Part shown: positions 28,336-42,609 of the stretch, in pieces
How positions within the stretch are numbered: the first letter of the stretch is position 1
Layout: each line of letters opens with the position of its first letter
Source of the DNA: Octopus sinensis
Lineage: Eukaryota
Reading direction: 5' to 3'
Assembly: GCF_006345805.1 (NCBI RefSeq)
Contig: NC_043011.1
Coordinates: 58,788,464-58,852,463, forward strand
DNA length: 64,000 bases
Position numbers and translations under genes: made by a program
The notes under the pieces: model-generated
What the model saw: only the letters and a program-made list of their open reading frames with translations
Databases searched by the model: none
Told to the model about the DNA's origin: nothing

Positions 28336-30282
28336 ATACATATGTATGTATACATACACACATACATAGATACAGACATTCACACACACACACACACATG
28401 TCTCAATTCACATCTTGGCATTTATTACTAAATTATTGAAAATTGTCGATTCTAGTGACTATATTGGTGTATGAAGTAAATGCTATTTTCATTCTTTTAA
28501 GGCGTGTTTTAGATTCATTTAACTTATCTGCTCTATCATACTTAGAATATTTTAGTTTTCCTTTTTGCAAAGCCGTAGAAAACTCGAGATTTACATTTAA
28601 AATCATTTATCTTTTCAAATTGTCCATCCATCATCTTTTGCAGATTAAGTGCAACCAATTTGTAAAATTTTTCATATCTTTTTGTTGGCTGTAGTTTTAA
28701 TCCTTTCACCATGAATATCGTCTTCTGGCACGGATAAACAGAATATTATTATTTTGTATCCATCAATATCATATAACGCAATCAGATTTTTAATTCGTTA
28801 ATATTTTTCAATTGAGTTGTGTTTTTCCATTGAATAACATCAACATTTGAGTTAATACTCTCTTTATGTATGACAATACACTGAAATTTAACCATTCTTG
28901 GCAAAAATCAAGTGTTTCTTTCATATGTTTGGTCGTCGAAATCTTGCTTTTTTTCTACTCATCCTAACATTTTTTTTTACAGAAATGTATTTAATTTTAT
29001 TGCAGTTAAACTTCGGAGAGGTTGCGGTAAAATTTATTCCTTAAGCTGGTACATTCATATGTTAACATCTACTTTAGTAAATATATCATATTTCGCATTT
29101 CCTGTTTATTGCACTGCAATTCTAAACAGGTTTTTAAAATCGGTTACTGCAATTTAATTGACATCGAAATAAGATCTCAAATATCAAGCTTTAAACCTCA
29201 TACGTAAACATCGAAGTTGGATCCTCATCCATGGATAGATTGCAATGAATGGATGTGTATGTCAAGTATTCAACATCGACATACGGACGGTTCTGCTTCC
29301 AACAGGATATTTTACTGCATGGCGAAACTGTGTACCGTATCTACAATGTATCAGTAATCATATCTACTCAATTTGTCGATTTGACTATACCAAAACATTT
29401 TTATAATTAAGAAGGATAAATGCATCACTGGTTTTTTTTAAAATACTTTCATCTCATTGTGAATGATTAAAAACAAATTAAGCAGACTCAGCTTTATTTT
29501 TAATTTCCCAGCGCTAATCATATCCTACTGAAAATATTGTTGACAATTATGAAGAATTAAATTTTGTCATAAGTAAGAATTAAATAAAATATTTTCCAAT
29601 ATTCACAAAACATTAAAACAACGTTTTCATTTAATAGTTTAATTATGCATATCGCTTGTAGTTTGTTTTACTGATTATCTAAGTCTGTAATGCATATTAG
29701 TGTGACTAAATGTGAAACTAACTCATCAGTTTGTATTTATTTTAAAAAAGTTTTAGAATGTTATATTGCTTTCGAAAACATGTCTGTCAGATTTAGATTG
29801 TACAAACACATAAAAAATCTTAAATGAATTATCAATCTTCACAGAAAAATATATTTCGAGGTAAATATAATTTAAAATCAAAGAAATTGATATGATTATA
29901 TGCAGCTATTCCCAATGTATTGTAAGTATATTTAATGAAACACGGAGGATTTATTTACGGAAATGGCTAAAATATTCTTTTCTAAGAATACATTGAAAAG
30001 CTGATGAAGAAATACACACCAGTTGTTTTGGGAATTTTATATCAAATTTAGTGATTTATTAGAAAGTAGTGAAAGAATTTCTTATCTTTTGTAGACAAAT
30101 TTATCAACAATAATAACGGCATAAAATATTGATTATGGAAGTCCTCAACACAAACTATTTCCCCGCTTCTTGCAATCACTGCCACGATTAGGAAGAGATA
30201 AAGAAAACGGCAGAATTTTTCCAGTCTTCTTAGAACCTACATAAAATTTCATTGCCTCATAGTTCTGGGTTATATATATATA

Positions 30283-30313
<31 letters not shown>

Positions 30314-30373
30314 ACATCGCAAACGTACGTCTCTCAGAAAAGACTTTTTACGCGCATAGGACCATATATATAG

Positions 30374-30448
<75 letters not shown>

Positions 30449-30491
30449 CATATATGTATATCTATATATGTATGTATATGTATATATATAT

Positions 30492-30527
<36 letters not shown>

Positions 30528-30744
30528 GATAGAGAGAGAGAGAGAGAGAGAAGAGAGTGTGAGAGAGAGACAGACAGACAGAGAAAGAGAGAAGGGGAGA
30601 GATTGCAATTACTGCGTGGAAGGCACAACCAATATTAGCCACGAAAGCAAGCAAAACTTTCTCATCAATAAATTTCTCATCATTTACTATATTGTGAAAT
30701 TTTCATCGACTATCTGCGGCCGTTTAAGTCATATATATATATAT

Positions 30745-30791
<47 letters not shown>

Positions 30792-31379
30792 CAATAAGAG
30801 AGAATTTCAGAGATAGATGGAGAAACAGTCAGATAGATAGATAGGTAGATAGATATTTATATATTCTTCTGAAGCAAAAGTACTGTTCACCTTTATAATT
30901 ATAGAGAAAACTATAAATATGCAAATTGACATTGATGTTAGTCCCGTGAGAACATACTTGTTCGATATGAAATATTTATCACTATCAGCAATTTTATCAA
31001 TAAGCTCTGGAGTCCCTTTTGTGGTCATATTCAATGCCAAAAATAGCAGTTCAAGCAACTCCAGTCAATTCATTCCCTGCGTAATACAATGAAGAATATA
31101 ATCCATTGTGTAGTGTTTAGTTGCAGGGATGTATATGTAATTAAGGGGTTTGAATGGAAACGTCACATTGGGCAGCTACCTTCTTTTATAACCTTGGGCA
31201 CATTCGTGAATGAATTTGTGAGACGCAAACCCAGTGGAATCTTATCAAATATTTGGGAATGTGTGTATATATATATATGTGAGTGTATGTGTGAGTATGT
31301 GTGTGAGTATATGTGTGTGTGTGGTGTGTGTGTGTGTGTGTGTATGTGTGTATGTGTGGTGATGGCTGTCCACATATAT

Positions 31380-31630
31380 GAGCGAGAAATACAATCGCTG
31401 ATCGTCGCCCATGCAAAATGTGAGCGACGCCGGTAACTAAATCCAGCAATGCCTGTGTAGCCGCGGTCGTCTTAACCCAGCTTCCTGCTCGGCGCAGTGC
31501 CTTCCTGCGCAACTGTGGGTGGAGATGTTGACTCAGCGTTGATTGCAAACTCTCAAATTTGACCGAATATCGCCATCTTTTCCTGACTTGACTCAGAGAC
31601 AAACGAAGGCAAGATATCCAGTACTAATAT
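31380..31630. promoter_or_regulatory. CpG/GC-rich island, candidate cis-regulatory element
   Basis: Visibly GC/CpG-rich relative to flanks; TGACTCA at 31529 and 31589; YY1-type CGCCATCTT at 31571. Confidence 0.3.
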
Positions 31631-31692
31631 GAGTTTATATATACCCAAAACACACACAAAACACACTTACACACACGCATACATATATACAC

Positions 31693-31737
<45 letters not shown>

Positions 31738-31769
31738 ATATATATTATATATATATATATGTATGTGTG

Positions 31770-31833
<64 letters not shown>

Positions 31834-31959
31834 TAACGTAATATCAGTGACAGGGAGTGTTTAAGCATGAACAATGTTTAGGTTAGTGAATATGCGTTTC
31901 ACATATTTCAACTCCTAAACGCAAATTCACTGTCGTTTCCATTGGGAAAGTTTCTCTTA

Positions 31960-32330
31960 TGGTAAACTGGTGTAGAAACAGGATATGCCCAGCACCATCC
32001 CTGTCAGGATTCCGAAACATGTCTGTTTCTACCTTTCCAATGTTTTTTGAATACCTAAGAGAGGTAACTCTGGACAGACCCTATCAAAGCTTAGCCTTAA
32101 CTAAAACACAGTCAACATTATATTCTGATCTGCCACTCTATCCCTTTAGGTATTTCCCATTGATAACGACTAAAGAACTAGGAACCTGGATGTCTAAGTA
32201 TCCTGGCGTTAGGCATAGCTGGAATGGTTGATTATCATCGTAGTTTGATTGAGATTTAGGTAACCAACTGGTAACAATTCTAATACTATCACAACACAAT
32301 CCACAAGAATATGACTGTAAATGTCTTTTG
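31960..32330 (-). mobile_element. possible decayed LINE AP-endonuclease fragment
   Basis: VDCVLVKAK...VETD remnant resembles IDY(V/I)LV...(S/T)DH; many stops. Confidence 0.2.
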
Positions 32331-32545
32331 ACAACCGTTGGTGAATTTCTCTTCTTGCAATCCTTAGATTTAAGTCTGAAGCCTTGTGAGAACTTTCCTC
32401 TACTTACGGATGTTCGGAAAATTTCAGGAGCTTCCTTTTGGATCCTTTCTGGGCCTCAGTCTAAATCCATTACGAAACGACAAGGATAACATGAAGCATT
32501 TCTCTAGTGCGCTTGTTAAATTTATAACGTTGTATTATACACGTG

Positions 32546-32795
32546 TAGGAGTATAGTTTAGTGGTTAGGGTGTTGGGCTGAGGATCGTAAGACCGTGGTT
32601 TCGATTTCTAAAATGGGCGATGCCGTGTCATTTTAAGCAAAACTCTTCATTTCTCGTCGCTCCAGCGCACTCAGGTGGCAAAAATGAGTAATCCTAGGAT
32701 GGGCGGGCGTTCCGTCCAGTGGCGTATAAATACGCCATGCAAATCGGAACCGCAGCCGTCGGATTCTATAGGACTCGCGAAGGAACTTTATTTTG
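32546..32795 (+). mobile_element. tRNA-derived SINE, family C, diverged
   Basis: A box tagtttagtgg, B box gtttcgatttc; related to 46050-46230. Confidence 0.6.
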
Positions 32796-33452
32796 CTCTT
32801 TTACTATACCACACACATGCTGATACCTTTAAGAACAATGCCATTAAACAGAATGTTTTTCAACAGTTGTGGCTTACAACGCTCACATCTCATAAAATAA
32901 CTTAAAAGAATACACACAGCTGAAATCTTCAAACGTTGCTGATAATTTAATGATATTGATTTCTTTTGCCTAATCCCAAGACGAAATCGAGTAAGGCCAT
33001 ATATTTACTAAACACTAAAGTATCAATAATAGGCAAAAGTAACTTGCGTCTGTCGTCGATACTTATTTTATCAATACCAAACAACAGAATTGATTGAAAA
33101 TCTGGACGGTGTCGATTTTGCTATCAAAATGCAAAAAGTTGAAAAGAAATATTGTAAAATATTTTTGGATAAATTTCTGAAATTACTGTTAAATCATCGC
33201 CTTTCAAATCACCATTCTTTACAGATTTTCTCATCGATTTTCTTGGTGGTTAGTAGTACATTCACGTATTTTCCCGAAAAGTTGGGAAGCCATCATATCT
33301 TTAACCCTGATTTTGTATTCAGACGCTCGACGAGTGACAGACGTATAGAGCATAGAATGCAAATTGATGTTGTAACATAAACACTATATCGTCCATCCTG
33401 ACCATCAAAACAAAAAGTTTTAGGAAAACATCAAAATAATAATAATATATTA

Positions 33453-33880
33453 GGCGCAGGAGTGGCTGTGTGGTAAGTAGCTTGCTAACCAACCACATGA
33501 CTCCGGGTTCAGTCCCACTGCGTGGCATCTTGGGCAAGTGTCTTCTGCTATAGCCCCGGGCCGACCAATGCCTTGTGAGTGGATTTGGTAGACGGAAACT
33601 GAAAGAAGCCTGTCGTATATATGTATATATATATGTGTGTGTGTGTATGTGTGTGTGCATGTGTGTGTGTTTGTGTGTTTGTCCCCCTAGCATTGCTTGA
33701 CAACCGATGCTGGTGTGTTTACGTCACCGTCACTTAGCGGTTCGGCAAAACAGACCGATAGAATAAGTACTGGGCTTACAAAGAATAAGTCCCGGGGTCG
33801 ATTTGCTCGACTAAAGGCGGTGCTCCAGCATGGCCGCAGTCAAATGACTGAAACAAGTAAAAGATAAAAAGATAAAGAAG
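33453..33880 (+). mobile_element. SINE family A, full length (reference copy)
   Basis: tRNA-like head (tggctgtgtggta A box, ggttcagtccc B box), conserved body, internal TA/TG tract, A-rich repeated tail. Confidence 0.92.
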
Positions 33881-34104
33881 ATATATTTATATATCGTTAT
33901 ATATAAAAATACTAAAATATCGTTGCCAATGAGGTATTGGGTGGGATGATGCACAGGTGTCCAGTTATCCAACAACTCTCAGTAATGGTGTGTACGAGAA
34001 TATGTTTGTATTAAAAGACTTCATTATTCCTTAAATCTACTTAACACTGCATGGGATTTTTAAAGACCTGGGTTCTTTCGTAAAATAACTGCATAGTTAT
34101 AACC

Positions 34105-34261
34105 GCAAGCGTTGCTATGTAGTAAGAAGTTTGGTTCACAAATAATTGGTTCGTCGTTGAGTTCCACTGCATGGTATCTTGAACGTTTAGCTCGTGTTAT
34201 AACTGCGGGTAGACCAAAGATTTGTGAATGGGTATGGTAGATGGAAACTATGCGGAAGCCC

Positions 34262-34265
<4 letters not shown>
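34105..34265 (+). mobile_element. SINE family A 5' part, diverged
   Basis: agaccaaagatttgtgaatgggtatggtagatggaaact...gaagcccg. Confidence 0.65.
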
Positions 34266-34306
<41 letters not shown>

Positions 34307-36875
34307 AAATGGTAAGACGACAAAAGAATGAGAGCTTGATATTATGTGTATATATATATATATATATATATCTATATATATATATATATATATTTGCGTG
34401 TATGTTTATCTGCACGGAAACGCATTCCAGTGTTTCTATTTCGTACGTCTTCTCTTTCATACTATGTGTATTTAAAACTTTCCATGAAGTTTTTACGAAG
34501 GTAGTATTTGAACTGAGAGAGATGTGTTTATTTCAGAAAGTCGAATGACCTATAGGCAATCTCTTATTAGCTTGATGGTGGATGAATAGCAACGGTAGAA
34601 AAACATTTATAAACAAGCCCTATTGATGTTGGGGAGAATTCTCTGTTATATTCCAACAAGTATGGTTTCATGTGCAGAGCTCGACCTTCAGTGTGGGTAC
34701 AATGTGCAATCTTAATAGTTTTATTCTCCTTAAATCCTTATAAAATATTGGATTAAATTTTAGATCCACTAAAGAAAAAACCCCAGATAATTTGTTAAAG
34801 CAAAGAGATCGCCAAATTAGCTAGAAACAACCACAAATATATCATTATATTCTCCCCTTAATTTGGAGTTCATATAATTTGTAGGAGATTCAGGAATATG
34901 CCGTCGTTGATTCTATCGAGACTGAATCTCTCTTTCCAATAATTTCTCTGACGCTTATGAAATTAGATCTGCTGAAATCTGTAAAATAAATGTATTATAT
35001 AAAACTAATTCAATTCCATCACATTCTACCGACTGATAAATTATTATACAAAGGAATAGAACAGAAAAACGACGTAGTGTTTCCTGCTATATTGTTGTTG
35101 TTTTTTACGTCAATATCTTCATAATTCATCTCTCATAGTTTATCATTAAAATTAAAAATAAAGTTTGTTTTCTTTTTAAAGTTATAATACACGTCCATAA
35201 CTTAAATCCCAGGAAAGAGATACCAACTGAACCATTTTAATGACAGTTTTCTTTGTGTTAATTCTATAATTGAAAATGAAAATTTTGTTTTGTTGTCGAA
35301 AAGGAAATTGCTTTTTATACTAAACATTGATTTATCACACTCAGATATTATAACTCTGCCATTTATGTCATATATGCGGCAATTTCATGTGATTACTTCA
35401 TTTATTCTGGTAATAAGAAAATATACCGAAGAGACTCTTTTCAAAATGTTTGTGTATATATTACAGCCGACATTTAAATGACACTGACTATAACTAATGC
35501 TACGATATAGCTGAATATATTAGTGGACTACGTATTTCGCTGTAGAAAATCTTTGACTGATCCAACCAGTGATCAGATGCGTCCAAACGGTGATTATCCC
35601 GTCTTTATATCATGCATAATGTATGTATAATGTATCCTGTACAATCATAGATACTGGTCACCGTCCCTTTTGAGATGATAGTGTCTGAGAAATTTGACTG
35701 CTGATTTTCTCACACAGGTTACTTGAAGATATAAATATTATGGATATATGGTTAGTACAATTTAGTTTAATTTGGATCACTGCTAGAAGATAATATCTAT
35801 GCTGTGAGATGGACACGAAATCAATATTCATGTGTTACCAATGTCGTCTGCATAAATAACTGTAGCAAAACTATTACAGAAGTTATTCACATTTGAGTTA
35901 GATGTTGAAGTTCATAGAATAAATTACGACGATTTCACCCGAAATATTATTTAGTAATACTACCAAATCTGGAAGAAATTTTGAACGAAAATGTTTGACA
36001 AAATGGCATTAATCAAATATATTATTGGAGGGTAAATTACACATTATTGTAACGAGTTAAATTTAATCAATAATTAATTCGTTCAAAAGCTGAAAGAATC
36101 CAATTGCAAATTTCGTATCAAATGTCTAAACGTCTGAGAAGAGATGTTAATACGATTATAATTATCGCCGCTATTAATCTCACATTTAGATATATATTTG
36201 CAATATTGGCTTCAAACGTTCGTACTAGGCTCAATGTATGTTATCTAAAGTAAATGCGCTCGAAGCCTGGGGAAGCGTTTCTTATTTCAGCGGGTTGTCA
36301 TGATTTACATACAGGAAATAAACGCGTTTCAATGAAGTAAAATGGTGTTTTAAATGTTAATCATGGCTAACAGCTTTCGAAATATTGAAATATTCTGTTT
36401 CATAATGAAGTGGGAGCAAAAAATGTATTTGGTTTGAGCCTCACAGATGTTAGTTTAAGATATATTGAATTACGGGATAAAAATGCAGTGCATTTTAGAA
36501 AGAGAGGCATCTGCTTCGAATCTCGTCTCGTGGGCGGCTGCCCATACTTTCAGAATTAAGATACCATTTAAAGTTTAAAGTTACATCAGTTTGAAACATA
36601 ATGTAGGCACTGGAACTTTCCAATATATGATTCAAACTTCAAGATAATTGTCTGTAAAATTATCTCCACAAATTTTAACTTATTTTTTTTTTTAACCTGT
36701 CAAATATTTAAAATACACAAGAGAAAAGCAGCGACAGGCAGAATATCTATAAATTATACAGAACGTAAATATATGTGCTTATTAACAGTTCGCTGCAGGG
36801 AATCTCTCTCACACACACTGTAATATATATGTGTATATATATGTATATATATATATATAATATATATATATATAT

Positions 36876-36914
<39 letters not shown>

Positions 36915-37204
36915 TGCATGCATGTATGTATGTATATATGTAATGTATCAAGCATTATTATTTAGATGTCAACTGCACGAATAAATTACATAAAAACAAA
37001 TAATACAATCTCTTTGTGGTAGCAAATTTTCGATAGGTTACTAAGAGTTTCAGTTTACATCTTGTTACTGAGTGCATGTGTATATATGTAATACATATAT
37101 TCATACAGATATCTACACACATACATTCATTCACAGACAGACACACACACACACTCACACACACACACACACACTCACACACAAACACCACACACACACA
37201 CACA

Positions 37205-37291
<87 letters not shown>

Positions 37292-37820
37292 TATATATAT
37301 TCATTTCAAGCCATGGAAATATGGTTTGAAATCTAAACTCAGTACGAACACTTCTTACGTAAGTCTTTGTTAAATTCTTCTAAATCACTGTCACCAAATA
37401 CTTTAAAATAGATATTGTTTGTGACGGAGAGTCAGTCTTACTCTTTCGATGTCGACTTGAGAAGATTTATAAAATTGAATATTTCTTAAAGCAGACATAC
37501 TAACAAGCGGTTGTCATCCCGAACTTTGATATGCGTTTGTTATTATCCAGTTGCACGAAACATTTTTGCTTTATTTATCAGTAACATTGGGACCTATTCA
37601 TTATAGGCAGATAACGTTTCTGACATCTTAAACCAATTGTCAACAAAAGAGAAAGAGAAAGAAAGAGCCAGAGAGTAATGACCTTTACTCTATCCATACA
37701 TATGTGAGGGTGCATGTGTGTGAGAGAGAGAGAAGGACTATGTGCATGCGTGGGCACACACACACACATATATATTTATATACACATATACACAAACATA
37801 CACACGCAATCACACACATA

Positions 37821-37866
<46 letters not shown>

Positions 37867-37899
37867 TATATATATATATATATAATATATATATATATA

Positions 37900-38119
37900 C
37901 AGGATAACCACATGTGAATCGTTGGCATTTTGTTTCCCTCCGTTTTCCTTTCCATTGGACTTTACTTTGTTTCTAAAGAAGAGCTTTGCTCGAAACGTTA
38001 AACCATCTGTCTTTCCTTCCCTGGGCGTCTGCTAATAACTTACATGTACCACATCCTCATGTTGTTGTTTTTTGTTCGTTCTTCGCTTTTTGGGATTTAC
38101 TATATAGGACATGTGTATG

Positions 38120-38166
<47 letters not shown>

Positions 38167-38564
38167 GGATTACAGTATTGTAAATCACGGCGCCATCATA
38201 AAGATCCATTCACACCGAAAGCATATACAAAGTTTGCTTATATAAAAAGCAAATATGAATGAACATATAGTTCTTAAATTTAACAGAAAGCTGCAGGCGG
38301 GTACGCTGGCGTAAATGTAACAAAGGGATGTGGATAGGAAATTCCATGCGGATAGGAAATTCTTCTTTTTTTTCTGGTCGAGGGCTTATATGCCCCTTTA
38401 TTAGACTTTCTTCTTTAGTCATTGCACGGTGATCGCCATAAGCTTTAAGCTTATATGAAAATATCATTACTATTATTATTTACAAGATTGTAAATCATGG
38501 AGCCGTAATAAAAAAAGTCGTCGAACAATAAAAGTCCTTTCGCACATAACGCACACACACACAC

Positions 38565-38608
<44 letters not shown>

Positions 38609-38827
38609 ATACAGGATAACCACATGTGAATCGTTGGCATTTTGTTTCCCTCCGTTTTCCTTTCCATTGGACTTTACTTTGTTTCTAAAGAAGAGCTTTG
38701 CTCGAAACGTTAAACCATCTGTCTTTCCTTCCCTGGGCGTCTGCTAATAACTTACATGTACCACATCCTCATGTTGTTGTTTTTTGTTCGTTCTTCGCTT
38801 TTTGGGATTTACTATATAGGACATGTG

Positions 38828-38882
<55 letters not shown>

Positions 38883-39248
38883 GGATTACAGTATTGTAAA
38901 TCACGGCGCCATCATAAAGATCCATTCACACCGAAAGCATATACAAAGTTTGCTTATATAAAAAGCAAATATGAATGAACATATAGTTCTTAAATTTAAC
39001 AGAAAGCTGCAGGCGGGTACGCTGGCGTAAATGTAACAAAGGGATGTGGATAGGAAATCCATGCGGATAGGAAATTCTTCTTTTTTTTCTGGTCGAGGGC
39101 TTATATGCCCCTTTATTAGACTTTCTTCTTTAGTCATTGCACGGTGATCGCCATAAGCTTTAAGCTTATATGAAAATACATTACTATTATTATTTACAAG
39201 ATTGTAAATCATGGAGCCGTAATAAAAAAAGTCCTTTCGCACATAACG

Positions 39249-39298
<50 letters not shown>
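37900..39298 (+). repeat. direct tandem duplication, ~0.71 kb unit (37900-38611 / 38612-39298)
   Basis: Near-identical copies differing by two 1-bp indels, one 17-bp indel and microsatellite lengths. Confidence 0.95.
37969..38003 (+). ncRNA. minimal hammerhead motif in PLE terminus P2 (second copy at 38681-38715)
   Basis: GTTT CTAAAGA A GAGC ttt GCTC GAAA CG TT AAAC; stems intact, G5 mutated to A. Confidence 0.5.
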
Positions 39299-39299
<1 letters not shown>

Positions 39300-39525
39300 G
39301 GGCGGCGAGCTGGCAGAAACGTTAACACGCCGGGCGAAATGCGCAGCCGTATTTCGTCTGCCGTTACGTTCTGAGTTCAAATTCCGCCGAGGTCGAATTG
39401 CCTTTCATCCTTTCGGGGTCAATAAATTAAGTACCAGTTACGCACTGGGGTGGATATAATCGACTCAATCCGTTTGTCTGTCATTGTTTGCCCTCTCTGT
39501 GTTTAGCCCCTAGTGGGTAGTAAAG

Positions 39526-39529
<4 letters not shown>
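39300..39529 (+). mobile_element. SINE family B, full length (reference copy)
   Basis: ggcggcgagctggcagaaacg...gagttcaaattcc...cctttcatcctttcggggtc...gtaaagaaat. Confidence 0.92.
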
Positions 39530-39600
<71 letters not shown>

Positions 39601-39619
39601 TATGGTATCTGGAATGGCT

Positions 39620-39840
39620 ACGTTAACAACAAATTCAACACGTTGCCCGTATGCCAAGATACTGAATCCTTAGGACTGTTCGCTCTAGGAAGCATTACAC
39701 TTCTCTTCTCCACCTTCGTCAATCCTCACTTTGAATACAGTTACTCGCTCTATCATTTGCATCATATGAATTATGGTGTTACTGTCTCTTCTGCAGACTT
39801 CCAGTCCAGCTATACTTTGTTCCAGATGGATTGGTATGTA
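39620..39840 (+). mobile_element. decayed CR1/L2-like LINE RT C-terminal fragment
   Basis: LLFSTFVNPHFEYS resembles LLY..(F/L)VRPHLEY. Confidence 0.4.
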
Positions 39841-40485
39841 CCCTTTTGCTCGAATAATAATAGGTATAAAGCTGAAAATTTATCTTGGGTACTGGATTTG
39901 CAAACTCCTTATTAATGGTCGTTAGATGTCCTCTTCCGCTTGTATTTTTCTAAACACATTCATATCCAGAGGACGGCTGATTTCCACTACAAATCATATA
40001 TTTTTTTTGTGATCCCACACTAAAATATATGTGGGTGGTTGTGCTTTCACTTGGTGGCTGTTTTAATTTTTAAGTACCACCAATACTCTTTGGATTCATC
40101 GGTCTCATTATGGCCATGTATGCATGTATGTATATATGTGTGTGTATGTATGTATGTATGTATGTATGTATGCATGTATGTATTAAGATAGTATAATGGA
40201 ACCGGAAACTTCTTTCGGCTGAAGCCTCATTAATGAGGGATGGTTTTGAGTTATGTATAATTCATGAGCGTTTGTAAGACTCATTCAGATTTGGTGAACT
40301 ATGTTATCCAAATATTTAATTCCAGCCATATTCCCTCCATTACTTTTAATAAATGCAATCAAATGTAGCTTGCAATTAATACTGTTCCATAATAACCAAC
40401 TAATAACATAATACAATTCAATCTTCTACATATCCTCTCTAAAAATCATCACCAAACGATGCAATAATTGTTACACGAGATAACT

Positions 40486-40602
40486 TATGCATGTAAATTA
40501 TGTCTTCAATATGTACATATAGAATACATACATATATCTGAATGTGTATAGGTGTGTGCGTATACACACGGGCACTCACGCACACATCTATGTATATATG
40601 TT

Positions 40603-40660
<58 letters not shown>

Positions 40661-40696
40661 CTATCTAGATGGATAGATAGATAGATAGATAGATTG

Positions 40697-40768
<72 letters not shown>

Positions 40769-40827
40769 ATATCATTTTAGAATCTTATGCTCGAGGTGCC
40801 GTATCTTATGATCATTATATTCTAAAA
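40486..40827 (+). repeat. dispersed paralogous block, copy 1 (copy 2 at 46234-46578)
   Basis: Shared unique flanks (...agaatacatacatatatctgaat...cacgggcactcac / cattttagaatcttatgctcgagg...) around a compound CT/CTAT/TA tract. Confidence 0.85.
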
Positions 40828-41244
40828 TATAACCTACGTTTACCTAATCGATAAAGGGCAATATAATACAAACAAATCACATAAGTGATGGTGGCGAGTG
40901 GAGGTTGTTTTACTAAATATAGTAGCCAAATTCACTATATAGGCATAGGTTAGTCTCTTCTGCCAATGTGGACCTGCGAGTGAAGACTAACAACAACTCA
41001 CGGTTAACTTCTATTCATAAAAATAATACAACACACACATTACATACACTAAGCACTCACCATTCGAGAATTCAATACGAAACACATAACGTCAAGCGGG
41101 GAGTATGGTAAGAAAAGGCAGAATATAACACCTGTAAGTCGACCACAGTACACGTGTATTGCACAACAGAGAACATATTACAAGAACAACTGGGAGATCG
41201 AACGGAATCCTGAAACAATGCAAAACTAAAGTGGAATGCAAATC

Positions 41245-41436
41245 AACACTCTAATATGGTTGTGTTGCTGATGATAACGATGGTGATGCTGATGGTGATG
41301 ATGAAAAGAATATGGAAAAAGAAGGACTGTGACGTCGGCAATAGCAACAATAACAACAACAACGAAGAACGCACAAACACTATCGAAATATGAACAACAG
41401 CTACACTACGACTAACACTACTACTACTACCACCAC

Positions 41437-41482
<46 letters not shown>

Positions 41483-41640
41483 GATAATAATAATAATAAA
41501 TAATAATAATAATAATATTAATAACAACAATAATAATAATAATAACAATAATAATAATAATAATAATAATAACAATAATAATAATAATATCAACAACAAC
41601 AACACCAACAACGACAGTAACCACCTACAACAATAATAAT
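41245..41640. repeat. compound trinucleotide microsatellite (GAT/AAC/CTA/AAT)n
   Basis: Direct reading; explains the poly-L/I ORFs. Confidence 0.95.
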
Positions 41641-42484
41641 AGAATAATTACCATATTGCCTGCTAATCTTTAATTATGCTAGAAATCTTGCTGCCTGTTA
41701 GGAATTCATTAGGACGAATAATGAAATCTCTTTGACATCGAATCTTCCGTAATTTTCATAAATCTTGAATTAATTGTTCATTGTGACAAACGAATTTGTT
41801 TGTTAGAGACAATACGTTAATACCAAACTACAAAAGAAAATATCTAAAACCTAACGCTATTTATTTATATAAAAACTGGCTGATCCGAAGTTTTGCTTAG
41901 CCCAATCTAATTACTGGTACGGAAACCTATGAATGGGAAAGAGATCCAAGTTGATAATGTACTGGAAGTCGGGTCATTGCTTCAGCTAATGGATCCTGTC
42001 CTAAAGAGAATGTGGAGGTAGAAGTTCGTTGCCCAGATACTTTCCTCAGCACATCTAAGTAATTCCAGTTTCTAATAAAAAAAATTGGAAAATTTAGTGA
42101 GAGCCTTCACCCTAAGCCTGGGTTAACCACTGTATTGGTAGGTTGTTCCGAAGGCAGAGATATAAGGGAAGCGGTCGCAAAAATGTCAATGAAATTAAAT
42201 ACCTGTCCATTTACAATACGCACATATATATTGAACATGCTTGTTGTTGTAGATTGGTGTTTAATTGTCCTTGATTTGGATCTTATTCTCGCTTACAGAG
42301 CATTCCCGTCCAAACGGACCAATGCCAATATATTTCGCAGTCTAAGAAGATATATAATAATTATATCATATTTATTTATATCGTGCAGTGAGGCTTATTG
42401 TTGAAATATCGTTGGTATACGTAGATTAAAACTGTAGACTTGTATAACAGGTACGTACATACACACGCACACCACACACACACA

Positions 42485-42520
<36 letters not shown>

Positions 42521-42609
42521 CAATGAATAAGGATAAGATCGTTAATTTTCAAATAAAATAAAATAAGTGGTCAACATGGAAAAAATAACATTCAAAGGTA
42601 ATAATTATT

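Noticed and set aside
39800-39836. Strong acceptor and donor pair (ctgcag|...|gtatgt)
   Set aside because: It lies inside a CR1/L2-like remnant.
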